Shown: positions 11,029-24,808, counted from the first letter of the stretch. The stretch is DNA of 64,000 nucleotides from Leptogorgia sarmentosa (GCA_964658305.1 OZ210885.1:20398001-20462000), one strand, 5' to 3'. Numbers and translations: made by a program. The notes: generated by a model from the sequence alone, not told the origin.

Positions 11029-14000
11029 TTATGCTTCACATAACAGTTTGTATCTTAAATCTGGGAATGATTCATACAGTTTAAAACTGAAATTTTCAGA
11101 AATTTTTCTAAGACCTTTGTCATCAACATCCTGCAAAGATTTTGGAACCAATCCAAATGGTTTTCCTCCTTTGTCCAGTGGGTAGCAACAAGGTAATTCT
11201 TCGCCATTGACAGGATCCAATAAGTGGTGATGTAAGCAAAACCAAGCCCCCTTTAACTGATCGTGAAAGGGATCTGCAACTAAATGCCTGGTGGTAGAAT
11301 GCTCATTAAAGCCAGTTCTTGCAGTGTATGCTCCTCTGCATGCTCTTATTATATCAATCGAGCCCATCATTCGTTCACACATTTTCACTGAGGTGTGGCC
11401 TACAAATGTTGTACAGGAACATTCAAACATTGCAAGATAATGTAACAGACTGAAAAATACAAGCAATCCTCAATGTTTTGATAAAAGGTGCTTTCCAAGG
11501 CCCTTTATTAGAAACCGAAATAAAAGTGTTTGGTCAAAATGTGAGGATCACTGGTACTTTTCACCTATTTGGATGACCTTTTAACCCTGCACCATTCCAA
11601 AGATAACAATATCTAACCTCATTCTGGATTTTTATCGGTCAAATGCTATACAATACATGTATACTTTGAGAGGTTGTACAATCTCTGATTCCACAAATGC
11701 ATCTAATGGACCAATTGCATAATGGACAACATTTTTAAAAAGTTCGAAATAGTACAATTCATAACAATAGCGTGAAAGACCATCCCAAAATTAGTAAAAT
11801 GGCAAAGTTTGGGTGCAAAATGTTGTAAAATACGGAAAATATAACCGTGCGAAATTGGCAAATTTGTATACTTTTGTATTACGTGCGAAATGAAGTAACT
11901 AATTTAGTTAGCAATTCACGCACGTAATACAAAAGTATACAAATTTTCCCTACTTTGCACGGTTATATTTTCCATATTTTACAACATTTCGCACCCAAAC
12001 TTTGCCATTTTACTGATTTTGGGATGGTCTTTCACGCTGTTGTTATGAATTGTACTATTTCGAGCTTTTTAAAAATTTTGTCTATTATGCAATTGGTCCA
12101 TTCAATGCCACAGCTCTTCTTGCCAGAGAGATTAATAGAGCAGTTGTTTGACAACAAGTCTCGGAATGCAAGTGGCCATTTACCAAGAAAGTTTATAACA
12201 TGAATAAAGCATTCTGAATAATAGTTCCTAAAGTTCAACTGTGCGTAAATTGGCAACTGAAGAATATAAGAAACTTCCCTGGCTTTCCCCCAGCAATCTC
12301 TTGTTGAAGCATCAAAAAGCTCCAATAACGGTCCGTAAAAAAGGAACATTCAACTTCTGTAACGAAATGAAGGGCAGGCATTTCTTGATCGTTCAAGCCA
12401 CCGTTTGAAATGTTCCAAAAACACCTTTGTATGGCTACCTGTTGAACGAAGGCACTGTTGTTTATCGGTTTCAGAAGGGTACAGGTCAGAATCTTTAAAT
12501 TCAAACACTGCTGCCAAACCATATGATCTAGCGCCATCTCTTACTGCCTCTCTTATCCTGTCAAGGTTACCTTCTGAAAACTTTTTCTTTTTGAACGCAT
12601 CTCTTGTTAATTTTGGTCTCTTTAAAACCTTTGAAACTAGGTAATGAAACCCACCTGAACCCTGCTCTTTAAAACATGCCTCTGACAGATAACCCTTGGT
12701 GTGCAGGTCTCCGGGAATTATACCAACCCACTCATATGCATCTGCTCTGGAGATGATGCCACGGTTCGTCTTACAGGTGCCAACATCACCCACGACTCCA
12801 GTAATGAACCCTGGTGTAGCTCTGTGACACATGTCTTCAACATTTTCACTAGTTGGATGGATAGGAGATGAACTTTTTGTTCTGGTAAAGATTGGATCAT
12901 ATGAAGCTATACTGTCGTCTTCATCCTCCGAATCATCCGGAATGAGAATTTCGTAAATTTCCGCTAATTCCATTCTCAACGCAGCAACAAGTGGACTTGG
13001 GACTTTGCTGAACAATGGGCCTTGTACTGAAGCATGTCCTTCAACTAGCAACTTACAAATTTCTTTATTCTTTACAATCACACCGATTAATAAAGGTGTT
13101 ACACCACATAGCTCTTTTACATTGGGATTCACTCCTGCATGAATTAGACAATCCACAAGATTAATATTTTGTTGTTCAACAGCTACATGAAGCAACGACC
13201 GTCCAAGATGATCTCTTACAGATCTGAAATGATCATTTTCTGCCACCTCTTTTATAAATCTATCCACATCATTAGTTTGAATAGCATTCCAGAGTTTATT
13301 TCTCAGCAAGTCAAATGCACTGTTAAATGTTCTGTCCTGTTGTCTAAATAACTCATGAGCACTTCTAAGTGTTGTTTCTTGCCCAGATACTCTGTCAGAT
13401 GGAAGAAATTCGTCATCCTCGTGTTCGGAAGCTTCGTCACCATCATCATTACCACCATCATTAATGAAATCCTGTCCTTCATGGTCATTTTCATCATCAG
13501 ACAAATGCGAATGTTCAGCTTTTCCTTTATGATGACTAACAATTAAATTAAACTCGACATGTTCCCTAGCTTTCTTCAAACAAAATGCTTTTGTGCTTGT
13601 ATCAAATGGAAGATTCTCTACCTTGGAGACTGAAGGAATAGAGAACTCTTTGCCAAACTGATCCAGAATAACAGCAGATCCAGCAAGAGTACTATTGTTC
13701 TCAAGAGAAAGGGGTAAAATGACAGTTTGAGATTTAATTCCAGAGCGAGATTGGTTAATATTGTTTTTCAAAGTTATCTTTAAATCTTCTGAAATATTGT
13801 AGCTTTTGTTTTTTAGACAACTGTTGCAATCTGATTCTGACATATCTCTAAATGGAGCATTCGTTTTAAATGACAAGCCATCCTTCAAAAGCTGAGTTAA
13901 ATAATTATCTACTTGATCTTCCCATATTCTAAGATGTTCCTTATTGTTATTGATGGTGAGATCTGCATATGTAAACTTTGTAACGTCATGTTGACTTTGG

Positions 14001-15593
14001 CATGCTGTTTCTCTGCATGTAAAAAGGTGGTTAATTTCATCAGTTTGAGGGATAAATAGACCGCGTACAGTAAAATTCCACATGTTCTGTCCATAAACTT
14101 TAAATAATCGATGATGACGTTTATTGCCTCGATATATATTTATATTGTCCATTAAGAGCAATAAGGGAATTTCAGGTGGTGTTAAAGACTTCACGTGATC
14201 AATTTTCTTCTCCATTTGCTTATCTAGAAAGTTCATTAAAGTGTCCCAATGAAGTGTGATCCCCACTTTGTTTAGCATATTGATCATTCTGCAGCCAGCC
14301 CCAAATGAAACAAGCATTAGTGAAAAAATTAATGTAATATCATTTCGGCATTGCTTATTTCTTAAACTTGCCAAAAGAGAAAGTGCATGTATTGCACCCT
14401 TTTCTTTCTTATCAGATTTTTCATTATAAGGGAAAAGATCATGGAGTAACTCTGTCAGAAGAGGACAGTTCTTCTCAAAATTATCTTTAAGGTTTTCGAA
14501 TAACAAGCCACTTAATTCAATATCAGCAACATTATCCCCACTTCTTATTCCAAGGTTAACTATACTGGCAAGTTTTTCAAATTCTTCCACAAGAGCACTC
14601 TTTTCACTAGTGTTAAAGACACTTCCACGTTTCATTAAGAATTCTAGTTCTTTTTCATACATCACATCAATATTATCAGTGAGTGTTGACACATAATCCA
14701 TTTCTTTGTTGTATAAAGATATTAGACTGCTGACATAAGGATCCTTCACTGATGTCTTAATGGCATCCATTAATGTTTCGGCCTTTTCTTTATGCAAAAT
14801 AACTTCTTGTTGTAACTTATATATGTCTGAGTTATTATGGACTTCAAAAGAATGACTTTCACATGCATTGTGATAGGAAATAGCATGGCGAATATTTTTA
14901 TATTCACCTTTTCTACGATCATTAACAACACTACTGAATGACTGTTTTACTGATCTTGTGGCAAGGTTCTTGTTGTCTATCTGAAGAGCATCCAAAACAT
15001 CAGCATGACTGGTGGTTTTCCCTGGACTTTCGACAAATTTCTCTTTGAGAATATCTTGCATCATCTCACTTCTTCTCTTACAATCAATACCACTTAAATT
15101 TGCCTTCTTCTTAGGTGGTTCAAGATTTGAAGGTCCCAGCTTATGCTTTTTACTTTTTACAGGAGTATTTGAACTACAGGGGGTAGGTGGAACTTCATGT
15201 AAATGCTCGGTTTGTGTCGGTTCATCTATATAAGAACAAATATTGCTTTCTGGTTGGTTATAAAATGTCAAGTATTGTTTTTCCCCATTAGACAGAGTGA
15301 CAAACACTGTTACCAGCTATCTGCATTTTGAGGAGATAGGGCCATAGTGGTTAAATGCATTATTAAATGAAAAGTAGTTTTGCTTAAAAATAAGAGGTAT
15401 AGCTAAACGTTTACAAATATTACGACAAATCAGCCAGTTTGGTGAAAATAATACAAAATTTAATGAACTTACCATCTATTGATATATTTTGAAATGAATC
15501 GTTTAGAACATCGACATCAGAATCATATTCAGACGCCAAATTTCCAGCACCCCTGACTTCTATGGTCTGATCACTTTGACCAGACTCATCCAT
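11029..15593 (-). pseudogene. Academ (DUF6589-like) DDE transposase with internal ankyrin repeats, element 1
   Basis: Exons ~15593-15473, 15320-~11660 and 11399-11029. Motifs in order: LLMDNINIY (D1), ANK repeats at ~13220-12945, VVGDVGT (D2), PGDLHTKGY, NLSGK..GIE|LDAFVE (E). A stop at 12350 and a MITE insertion inactivate it. Confidence 0.85.
11708..12099. mobile_element. Foldback MITE with a 2-bp AT TSD (ISL2EU/PIF-Harbinger-like) inserted in the element-1 transposase
   Basis: ~170-bp inverted arms GGACCAATTGCATA..TATGCAATTGGTCC, with AT at 11706-11707 and 12100-12101. Removal restores GIE-LDAFVESEIVQPLK. Confidence 0.85.
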
Positions 15594-15746
15594 AAAGCAA
15601 AACCAATAAATTTTAGTATAATAACAATAACTCTTCTCCCAATTTCGACTAAAATTATAAATTTTTATCACAAAACGACTAAACGATTCTATTCTTTCAG
15701 ATTAATATGGATTGTAACAGATATCGACAACTTGTAACAGATATCG

Positions 15747-15947
15747 TGGGAAATCTGGCAGAGGCTTCCTTCGTTTTTCCTTTTCTCCTCTCCCCCTCGC
15801 CTGCGTTCCCCTCCCAGCGGTTACTAATCATTAATTCATTGTTACCATCTAGCACTTCATTATTACTAAATATCATTGCACAATATATAAACAAATTAAT
15901 ATTATACAAAGAAAACAAAACCATCAAAGCCTCTGCGGAGGAGAGAG
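15747..15947 (-). repeat. Right TIR of AcademH element 1
   Basis: Ends ..GCCTCTGCGGAGGAGAGAG, directly followed by the TSD CGTTAACAT. Confidence 0.95.
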
Positions 15948-18900
15948 CGTTAACATCGTGTATTTTCTTTGCGAGATTGGTGTCATATCTTGTTTCCTCG
16001 ATTAGATCTGGATGGGCGCCTTGGAGGCAAATACCCAATGCTCCATTCATGATGCTTAGATTGTCACCACATCTAGCTTCTTCTTGCTTTGGATGGAGCC
16101 CGAAGTAATCACAACCCAGCAGGACGTCCACGTGTGTTGACTTTCGCTGAAGTGTTTCAGGATCGTATTCTGGGAATAACTTGACCAGGACTTTAGGATC
16201 CAGTTTGCTCACTTGTCCTGTAATTCGCTCCATACCAAAGGCCATAATAGTGACTTTCTTTCCAGCACTTGTGTTGATTGGAAACTCATATTGCCACATG
16301 GTGTACGTTTTCTCGACATTTCCCATAGTTGTCACGTCAAGAGAGAGTTTTTTGACTTTCTTTGCTTTGATTTTCTCCACAGCACGATGAGTGATGTAAC
16401 TTGCGTTAGAGCCTCCATCACAGAAGACCGACACTTTTTTTCCACAATCACTAATGGTCGCTTGGTGGATAGGATATAATGCCATTGAATCACTTCCGAT
16501 GGTGTAGGATGCAACTTCCTTGTTCCCATCATCTCCAGATTTCACCTCGGAGTCTTTGGGGAGCTTTGGTGGGATGCACAGTAGGGAATGATGTTGGTCA
16601 CTTCCACATGAAGAACATGGATGTTTCTTGGGGCAGTTGAGCTTCCTATGATTACCAAAACATTTGAAACAAGCATCAATTTGTTTTAGAAGTTCATATT
16701 TTCCTTCTTTCCCGCCAACCGGTAACTTCTGAAACTCTTTGCATTCGGATGTATTGTGACTGATACTGTCCTTTCTGTGAGATGGATAGGCACACTTGTA
16801 ATACTTCTTGGAGGATTGCTTTCCTAACCTTGCATGATAACCTTGCACCTGTTGCTTTCTTCGGTCGTATTTTGGCAATTCATTTCTCCTTAACTTTGGT
16901 TGGTATTCTGCCATTCGAGAGACTGCTTCCCGTTCGCCTTCGAGGAAATGCATGAAAGGGATGAAAGGGTGTATCTTTTCACTGGCCGTGAGGTCCCTAT
17001 ACCTTCTCCGCCATTCTACTTTCAAATGACAAGGTAGCAGTTCGGTGACGAAATTAACATCTCTTAACGTCAAAGTATTCAGATTTCCTAACTCTTCCAA
17101 TTGACTATACGCTGATTCTACTTCGTCTACCAGCTCTACCAAGCCTTTGTAATCATCTGTCAGTACGGCTTTAATCTTATGTAAACCTTCTAGTGCAGCT
17201 TGTACACTTGCACCAACATCTTCATAGAAACTTTCTAACTTCTGCCACATGACATTGTATGCTTCCGGTTTGGTGACATAGACGGATCTTATTCATCGAA
17301 TTGCCTCACCTTTTACCGATTTTTTAAACTCATGGGCCAGAGCGGTCTTATTTTGATATGCTGTCTCAGCGACTGATTTCCAAATCGCTTTGAACTCTGG
17401 CCACTCTTTGCGGTTACCACTGAATGTTGGCAAAGCCATTTTCTTTACCTGGACGTGAGAATTGAAACCCAGTGGATTAGGGCTGTGGTGAGGTGTAGGT
17501 TGTGGACCAACTGAGGGGATTGGGACTGTGCTGGGGTTGACCAAATATGTCTCCCTCGCATTGGGCGTGGAATAAGTCACCGGTGGTTGACGTGGGTTCC
17601 ATGTTGATGGGCTAGTAGAAGGAGCACTTGAGGGCACACTGTTTAAGTACATACTTTGGGGTGGTGGTCGGGGGGTGTTGTGGTATGGATTGGTGTTACT
17701 GCAATTTTGCTGTGATGTTGCTTGGGTTATACTCGTGCCAAGGTGGGGTGGGGTGTTGCTTGGGTATTGGCGTAAACCAATCGAATTTGGTAGGTAACTG
17801 GATGTGAAATTGACAGGTGGGGACCAATAGACTGGGGCGGTGCTGGTGCCCAAGTGGTGGGGTGATTGTAGATGGATTGATCTGCAGAGGGGAGTAGTGC
17901 ATGATGCTGGTGGTTGGGTATTGATATAAAATAGGAAAGGTTTGTTGTGATGTACTTGCACTTTGGGGTATGGCTTGGGGACTGGGACTTGTATAGGTGG
18001 ACTGGGCGCTGATTACAGAACTACTCACTGGATCATTCATTGTTGAAGGTACAAATTCAGGCGCCGAAACATTGATGGTGGTATCTGTCTCTGTGACAGC
18101 AGGTAGGGGGATGTCACTCACAGCTCCTTGCTTGGGGGCGCTGGTGGGGTGGTGGTCAACTTGAGTACTGGGATTGGTCGCAGGTTGGCTGCTAGAGGTT
18201 GCACTATTTTGGGGGTCCATATTCAGAAGTGCAGCAGATGCACCCGCAGTATCTACTTGATTTACAATAGGGGGTGATGGAGTTTTCTCGATTGAGCTTT
18301 GACAATCGCATAGATACAGGTTTATTGATCTAACCTGTTTAAAACCCTGTGAAATAATCTCATCAATCTGAAGATGTAACTGAATATCTTGCTCCGAATT
18401 TGAAGACCCGATCAAACTCAATTCAGAGATTTTCCCACACAACACATTTAACATTGACTGCAATTCTTCTTTGTCTAATTGCAATGCTCGCTTATTTGGA
18501 CTGGCAGAGTTAAGGTTTATATCAACTGTTTCCATTAACTCTCTTATTCGACTAGAATCTAGCTTTAAGGAAACTCTGGCTGGTTCTACTGCTAAGTTTT
18601 TGTATATCTCTTGCTCAGCAGCCTTTTGTTCCAAGAATACTTCCCTAGCCTCATTATAACACCGATTAACATTGTCTCTATACTCATGAATATCCTCTCC
18701 GTTGACAACACGATGTTCGCTGTTCTCTTCCTCTGACACGAGAAGTTCAAACTCTTCATTCGCTACGCAGAAATCATCGTACGCTTTCTCGAGTTCGATT
18801 ATTAAACTCTTCAACACATCATACTCTGTTCCTCGGTGGGCTGCGCCGATAAGCCGCCTCGAGGCCAAACTAACCGCCGTTTTGGCCTTACTTCTCTCTT

Positions 18901-19332
18901 GTTTCTTGTTTTGGACACTCATATTTTAGTTCATAACATCGACCAATGACTCAATGATAACTACGTCAAGCAACTTCGAGCATTTGTCAGGCAAAACTCC
19001 TTTAAAGTTGGCTTCTTTATAGCTCACGAACGTCACTGTCCCGCTGATTGATTTCTTCGATCACAAGTGTTTTACTGTATTGGTATCGTTATATACCCAC
19101 GTATTTCAACACGCATGCAAACATAATTACACAAAGGAAACGATAATTACTTAAACAATGTATAAACTTTTATTTCCTTACAATTACCGTCGAATTATTA
19201 AGCCTTTTGAGCGGTAAAACACTGTGGTGTATTAAACCCAAAAGTAAACCAAAACGTTTTTTGCACCTTTAATATGCGACTCGTTAATTAATATTCTTAT
19301 ACCTTGTTATGTTATGGCTAATATTTATATTA

Positions 19333-19551
19333 CATGTTACATCATGTTACACAACATGTTACACCACATGTTACACTTAAACTGTATATTCTACTATAGA
19401 TATTGACATGTTGCAACATGTTACACCTACTTTTTAAAAGAATATACAGATTATTTTAAAAAGTTAGTGTAACATGTCAAGCTCTATAGTAAAGTATACA
19501 AATTGAAGTGTAACATGTGGTGTAACATGTAGTGTAACATGATGTAACATG
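19333..19551. mobile_element. Foldback MITE built from CATGTTACA units
   Basis: Tandem CATGTTACA(C) units on the left are mirrored by TGTAACATG units on the right; ~100-bp imperfect arms. Confidence 0.75.
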
Positions 19552-19767
19552 CGACAAATTTAATCCTACTACATGTATATACGAGTTACAAAATATATAC
19601 AATAAGCGTCCAAGTTGGGGCTAATACTTGAGCGTACATTTAAATGAATTAAATCATAATTATGATATTCCATGTTGTGAGTGATAAATGATGAAAATTA
19701 TAAACACCACCGCTGCAATTCAAATTTTCGAAAGTATAATCACACGGAGATTTACGTATGTACTAAA

Positions 19768-20861
19768 CTAATACTTGGTTCTTTGACCCTTTACTTTAAG
19801 AACCGCAGTGATCCTTTTATCCATACTGTCGATAATTTGGTCAATTTCTTTAGAACTAACGCCCAAAATAGTTTCTTTGACTCGCGATGATAGATTTTTG
19901 AAAGTTTCCTTGGTAATATTCTTTTGGAATGCGTCGTTGTTTAGTAGTACTGTTATCATGTGGAAAAAGTTTTCAATAGGATTAAGGTCAGGGCTTCGTG
20001 GGGGAATTTTGAAGACGACTGCATTCACTTTGTCGATAGCACGCATTGCTACTTTTGAATTCTGCCTCGGGCATCCATCCATTAGAAATCTTCTCGCTTT
20101 AGGGTTTGATGATTTGTTGAACGCTTTTGGAAACAATTTGACAATTTCTGCAAATCTTGGCCCAGTTATTGTCCCATTAAATTGTTCACAGAGAACTACA
20201 CCCTTGCCGTATGATATTGCCACCATGAAGTTGACGTTGATACCACCTTCCTTTTTACCTTTTGCAGTGCAATTGAACTTTAGGCCTTCTCCACGTTTCC
20301 TCCACTCTCGAGCTCCATGTGCGTGTGCTTGGTCATAAGGGTTACTTTTGTATTGGAACCCCTTCCCATCCAAATAAAACGATATTCCTGTCCTCCAGAA
20401 CTCTTCACCCAATTTTTGCCTTCTAATTTTCTTGCAAAATTTTTCCCTTGATTTTAGATCTTTCGCATAGAGAAGACCCTTTTTTGCATTTGCAAATACC
20501 AATATCCGTCCTCATTTAAACAATTCCTAATAGTGCGACAACTCACATGGCTAACGCCACTTCCTACCTGAACATGCTTAGCGGTAAAAGAGCCCTCCTT
20601 CCGTCAGAGACTTGTTATGGAGCGCATTATATGTCGCTTGTCTTGAGGTGATAATTTTGAAGGCCTACCTTTATTTGCTTTTCTCTTGTCAAATACAGGT
20701 TCACCATTTAGTGGTTTTCTAGCGTGCTTATATATTGCAGCCTTAGAATACTGTGGAAACATTTCTAAAAGTTTTTTTCCTCGAATATCTGACAATTGAT
20801 AGGCAGCTCTGATTTGAGCAGAATGCTCCAAAGCAACTTTTTTGCGAGATTTTTTTGCCAT
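19768..20861 (-). pseudogene. Tc1-like DD34E transposase (stop and frameshift)
   Basis: HTH-like N-terminus at 20604-20861. FYLDGKG..FLMDGCPRQ..PPRSPDLNPIE has 34 residues between the second D and E. A candidate 3' end TA|CAATAAGCGTCC lies at 19600; no 5' partner was found. Confidence 0.8.
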
Positions 20862-20999
20862 CTGTAAAGAAAATGCTTCAGTTGAGGTTTTGCTATGACG
20901 AAAGAACTGTATTAAACATTTTGTGTGGAAATATTAAATGCCCTGAACAAACAGAGTTGCAATTTTCACAAACATTGAAATTCCGGAGGAGCTTTCCGG

Positions 21000-21272
21000 C
21001 ATTTTGTACCGTAACGTGTGGCCCTGTAGGTCATATTACTCATCTAGCTTACTTTAATATTCATAAGAATAACTGCAAACAATGTTGAACAATGATATAT
21101 CGGGATACGTTTTGCTTAAAAATTGAAAGGATATTGGTACACTATGGCATTTCACACATCAACAGAATTTGGGACGCTTCCCCCGGAGTTTACACTATAA
21201 CTGAATAGCTGAATGACTGACGTGAATTTTCGCCACTCATCACAATAAGTTCCTTTGAAACTTTGCACTAAA
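21000..21272 (-). mobile_element. Helentron/HINE-type terminal fragment related to 51681-52021
   Basis: The reverse complement reads TAGTGCAAAGTTT..TATTGTGATGAGTGGCGAAAATTCAC..(ATTCAG)n..ATAGTGTAAACTCCGGGG..GCGTCCCAAATTCT, colinear with 51681-51970. Confidence 0.65.
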
Positions 21273-21499
21273 AAAAGGGGTGATGTAGTAATGATGTCAC
21301 ACAGTATCATATTACATGATATATAACTATTGCTTTGGGAAGTAAACACTGCTTATATAGACACTGCACGGTATTGTTATTTATATATGGTTTTAGTTGA
21401 CTATTGAATTGTTTATTGGGTGGAATTAAAAGATTGATTTTCACTAATAAGTGTTTGAGTGAGAGTATTATAATCTGGAAGGAGAGGAACTATGTGAAT

Positions 21500-24400
21500 T
21501 GTTGTTGAAGCTATTGACATGGTTGAAAGAGCCGAAAAGAAAAACAGTTGATCTCAGTCCCGCCACACTCATCCTGGCCTCTATGATAACCTATCATGTC
21601 ACTGGACAACGTACCACTACTGTTATCAACTTGGGAGTCAAGAATTGGTAGAAACTCTGCACAAAAGTGGTGTCTGCATCAGCTACACCGACACACTACT
21701 CCATTGGGCTCTAATGGATGCTAAAGCATCAACAACCTGTCCTCAGGAGATCGCATATGGCAGGCCAGCAATTGTGGTTGTCGACAATGACGACTTCAAA
21801 ATCGATTCACTAACAGGCAACACAACAGGAGCTCATTGGACAAATGTTATGTTCATGCAACCAGAAAAATACGAAGAGAAACCAGAGAAATCTGATACAA
21901 AGCATACCAAGAAGAAGGTAATATCTGAACAACTCAGTCAAATGTGTGCAGAGCTGACCCACGTCCATCAGCACAAGTGCCCCGCTGGCAACAAAAGTGA
22001 GCCCCTAGCTTGTCCTGTGATAGATACGCCAGTGAATGGCGCATCAAGGCAGCGCGCTCACTCTGTGATACACGCAATGTCTCGTGGAGACAACGACGGT
22101 ACAAGACCATCACCTCATGAGCAGCACATTCCAGCATCCAGTGGTGCTCAGTCCTGTCACCATCCACTGGGCCACAAGAGCAACCCTTATTACCATACAA
22201 CCTACAACGAACCTCCAAGCAAGTCAGTTATGCATGACATCATGGTGAAACTAGTGAAGGCCATGTGCGAGAAGAATATCCCATTCTCCTTTCTTGTTGG
22301 CGATATGCCCACTTATAAGACGATTGTGCAACTTAAGGTGAAGAATTCTGAACTGTTTAGGGACATTATCCCTATTCTTGGTACATTTCACCAGCAGATG
22401 TCCTACATCTATGCCATATACAAACGATTTAACGGTTCTGGTATGGCAGAAACTCTGGTTGCAGCAGAGGTGATTATGGAGGGCTCCGTTGACCAAGCAC
22501 TTCGAGGGAAGCATTACAGTCGGGCCGTGCGATGCATTGTACTCTGGAGAGAGGTTCTCATCCATCAACGACTGAGAGCGATTCTTGAACATCACGAACT
22601 GTCAGCAGATGTGAAGGAGAACCTTGACACTTTGCGAACTGCATTCACAGAGACACAAGAGGATCTACAGAAAGCTCGCAGTAATCTTGAGGATGATGAC
22701 AACATCAAAGAATTGATTAACCAAGTCTATAAGGAACCTGATACGGACATGGGGGACTTCTGGGTCTCGTTCATGGAGATGTTGGACCCTCTTGTCCAGA
22801 ATATCGATGCATGCCATGCCAGAAATGGAACTGAGTATTTATCATCAACATACAATATGTTGCCTAATGGCATACGATAACCATGAGTATGGGAGACGGT
22901 TGCCAGATTATTGGGCTATGCTCTCTTCACTACCAGATGAGCAAATGTCATTCTTCAACGATAACTTTGCGCAGTCCCGACAGGACTACCTTACTCGTGT
23001 CAGCCAATGGACCTTTGGATTGAAACGTCAATGAATCAAAACTCGAAGTTGAAGCAAGGTTGGTTACAGCTCCTGTTGAATGAGAAGAAGTTGTTCTCTA
23101 CCACAAGAAACGTAAAAAACGTTGTGAGGGTGAAGGCTGCAGTTACTCAAAATCGCAAGTGCCATCGTCGCCATAGGAAGCATGTTGAATGCCAACCAGC
23201 AAGGATGAAGAAAGATGAGCAAGCAGTTCAGGACATCCAAGCATGCATGAAGGATTTTGGTGCTGATCCCTTCGACACCTCTTTACCTACATTAAGGTCA
23301 CTGCAATCTGGCGTTATTGCCTCACCTGAGTTGGTACATGACTTCATGACCGCACTCCCAGACGCCCAAGCCCAGGTTGAAATTCTGCTGCAGGAGCGAG
23401 TGTCCACCAAGAATGAGCCACTGCAACTATCCACAAGAATAAGAGGCAGAACTTAGCTAACGATCAGATCCAGGCACCGCTGTGTGCGCCTATGAAGGTG
23501 GCCCAGAGATAGAAGGAGGGGCTGGCTGCCCTGATTGATCTAGCAGAGGGATCAGGCATGGTCCAACTCGAGAATAGAGTGACTGAGGAATCCCTTTCAC
23601 TCCACAACATAGATGGATCAATGCGCAAAACAGCGAAAAGCAAGTTGTTAGAGATGTTCAACCTAGAACCAGTTGCTGAGAAACCATGTGGGCATATCGG
23701 CCTCATAGATATGGGGTTAATCTGGTGATTAGCCACCCCAACAGCAGAGGACCGCAAGTCTAAGAAACAAGACGGATCGGAGTACCACTGGAGTGACTAC
23801 TTGGATAAGATCTGCTATCATCTTCTCATGCCACGCTGATGCATGCCTCATCATCCTCATCAACGACAAGTATGACCTCCCTTTCAGTATCAAAGATGAT
23901 GAACATGATCGATGGGCAGCAAAGCATCACCACATTCCAAATGTTTATCCCAAGCCCGAAGACACATTCCCAGGAGCTTGCAAGTTGAGCAAACTCATGG
24001 TCAATTCCGGAAACAAGGTCAGACTGCAGAAGCTTGTTAAAGAACATCTTAGAACACAAGTAGGTCTGGTTCAAAGTGACATCATATACTGTGAGGGAGA
24101 GACATCGACCAACCTGAGCACTGATGTGGCTAGCACAGACTATGTCTTGAATCACCCAGAAGCAGATACAATGTTGTTATCTGCCTATGCCAAGCTGAGA
24201 GCCGGGAACAACAATGGAACAGTAGTCATAGACAGCGAGGACACGGACATGTATCTCCAAGCGGCTCATGTCTCGAAGCAACTCAGAGGCGATCTGCTGA
24301 TTAAACGCAGGCACGAGTTAATAGCGATAACATGCTTTTAGAAGAGGTAGGAAGTATCATTATACCTCTCCATGTGATCACTGGCAGCGACCACACATTT

Positions 24401-24808
24401 GCATTCTGCATTCTATGGGCACGGGAAAAAGCCGGTGTTGTCGAAGGTCATCAATGATCCTGATGCAAGTGAGCTTCTGAAACGAGTGGGAGAGGATATG
24501 GAATTAGATGACAAAGTCAGAGCTGATATGAAAGCATTTGTTATATGCTATATGTATGCTGAGAGTGGGGATGTTAGCTGTGGGCAAGCCAGAGCTTCCA
24601 AGTGGCACAAACTGAAGAAGAAATGTACAATGCACCTTCCACCTGATAGCAACACGTTAGATTTCCATGTTGAAAGGACAAACTACATTACATATTGTCA
24701 GCTTCATTACAGCCTGCTAGAACACCTATCCCCCATTGGCCATGGCTGGGGAATTATGAATGGGAAGTGTCGACCTGTGCGCCATACCCTTTCTCCCTTG
24801 CCAGAGCA
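21500..24808 (+). pseudogene. AcademX-like transposase-XPG nuclease, degraded and truncated at both ends
   Basis: Transposase motifs VVVDNDDF, GDMPTY, LGTFHQQM, QALRGKHYSRAVR and MDLWIETSMN. XPG/FEN1-like motifs HPEADTML, DSEDTD and TGSDH..FYGHGKK across ORFs 21645-24812. Confidence 0.8.

Larger units (their letters stand above)
7678..15947. mobile_element. AcademH-type DNA transposon 1 (8.27 kb, complete)
   Basis: 201-bp TIRs at 7678-7878 and 15747-15947. 9-bp TSD CGTTAACAT at 7669-7677 and 15948-15956. Encodes a convergent RecQ-like helicase (+) and an Academ/DUF6589-like transposase (-). Removing it restores the BEL reading frame. Confidence 0.92.
5765..18922 (-). mobile_element. BEL/Pao LTR retrotransposon A; integrase and 3' LTR deleted; interrupted by AcademH element 1
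   Basis: Gag at 18922-17293. DUF1759/zinc-knuckle/protease (FCDGGS) at 17250-15957. The reading frame resumes at 7668 (..HDVN|VKVETY..). RT-RNase H at 7401-5833 (YVDD, KIYDPLG, SDGSDLAYG, STPQMELNAA). Confidence 0.9.

Noticed and set aside
19076..19334. 5' LTR of BEL A
   Set aside because: A TG..CA interval is plausible, but there is no second LTR, TSD or recognisable PBS to confirm it.
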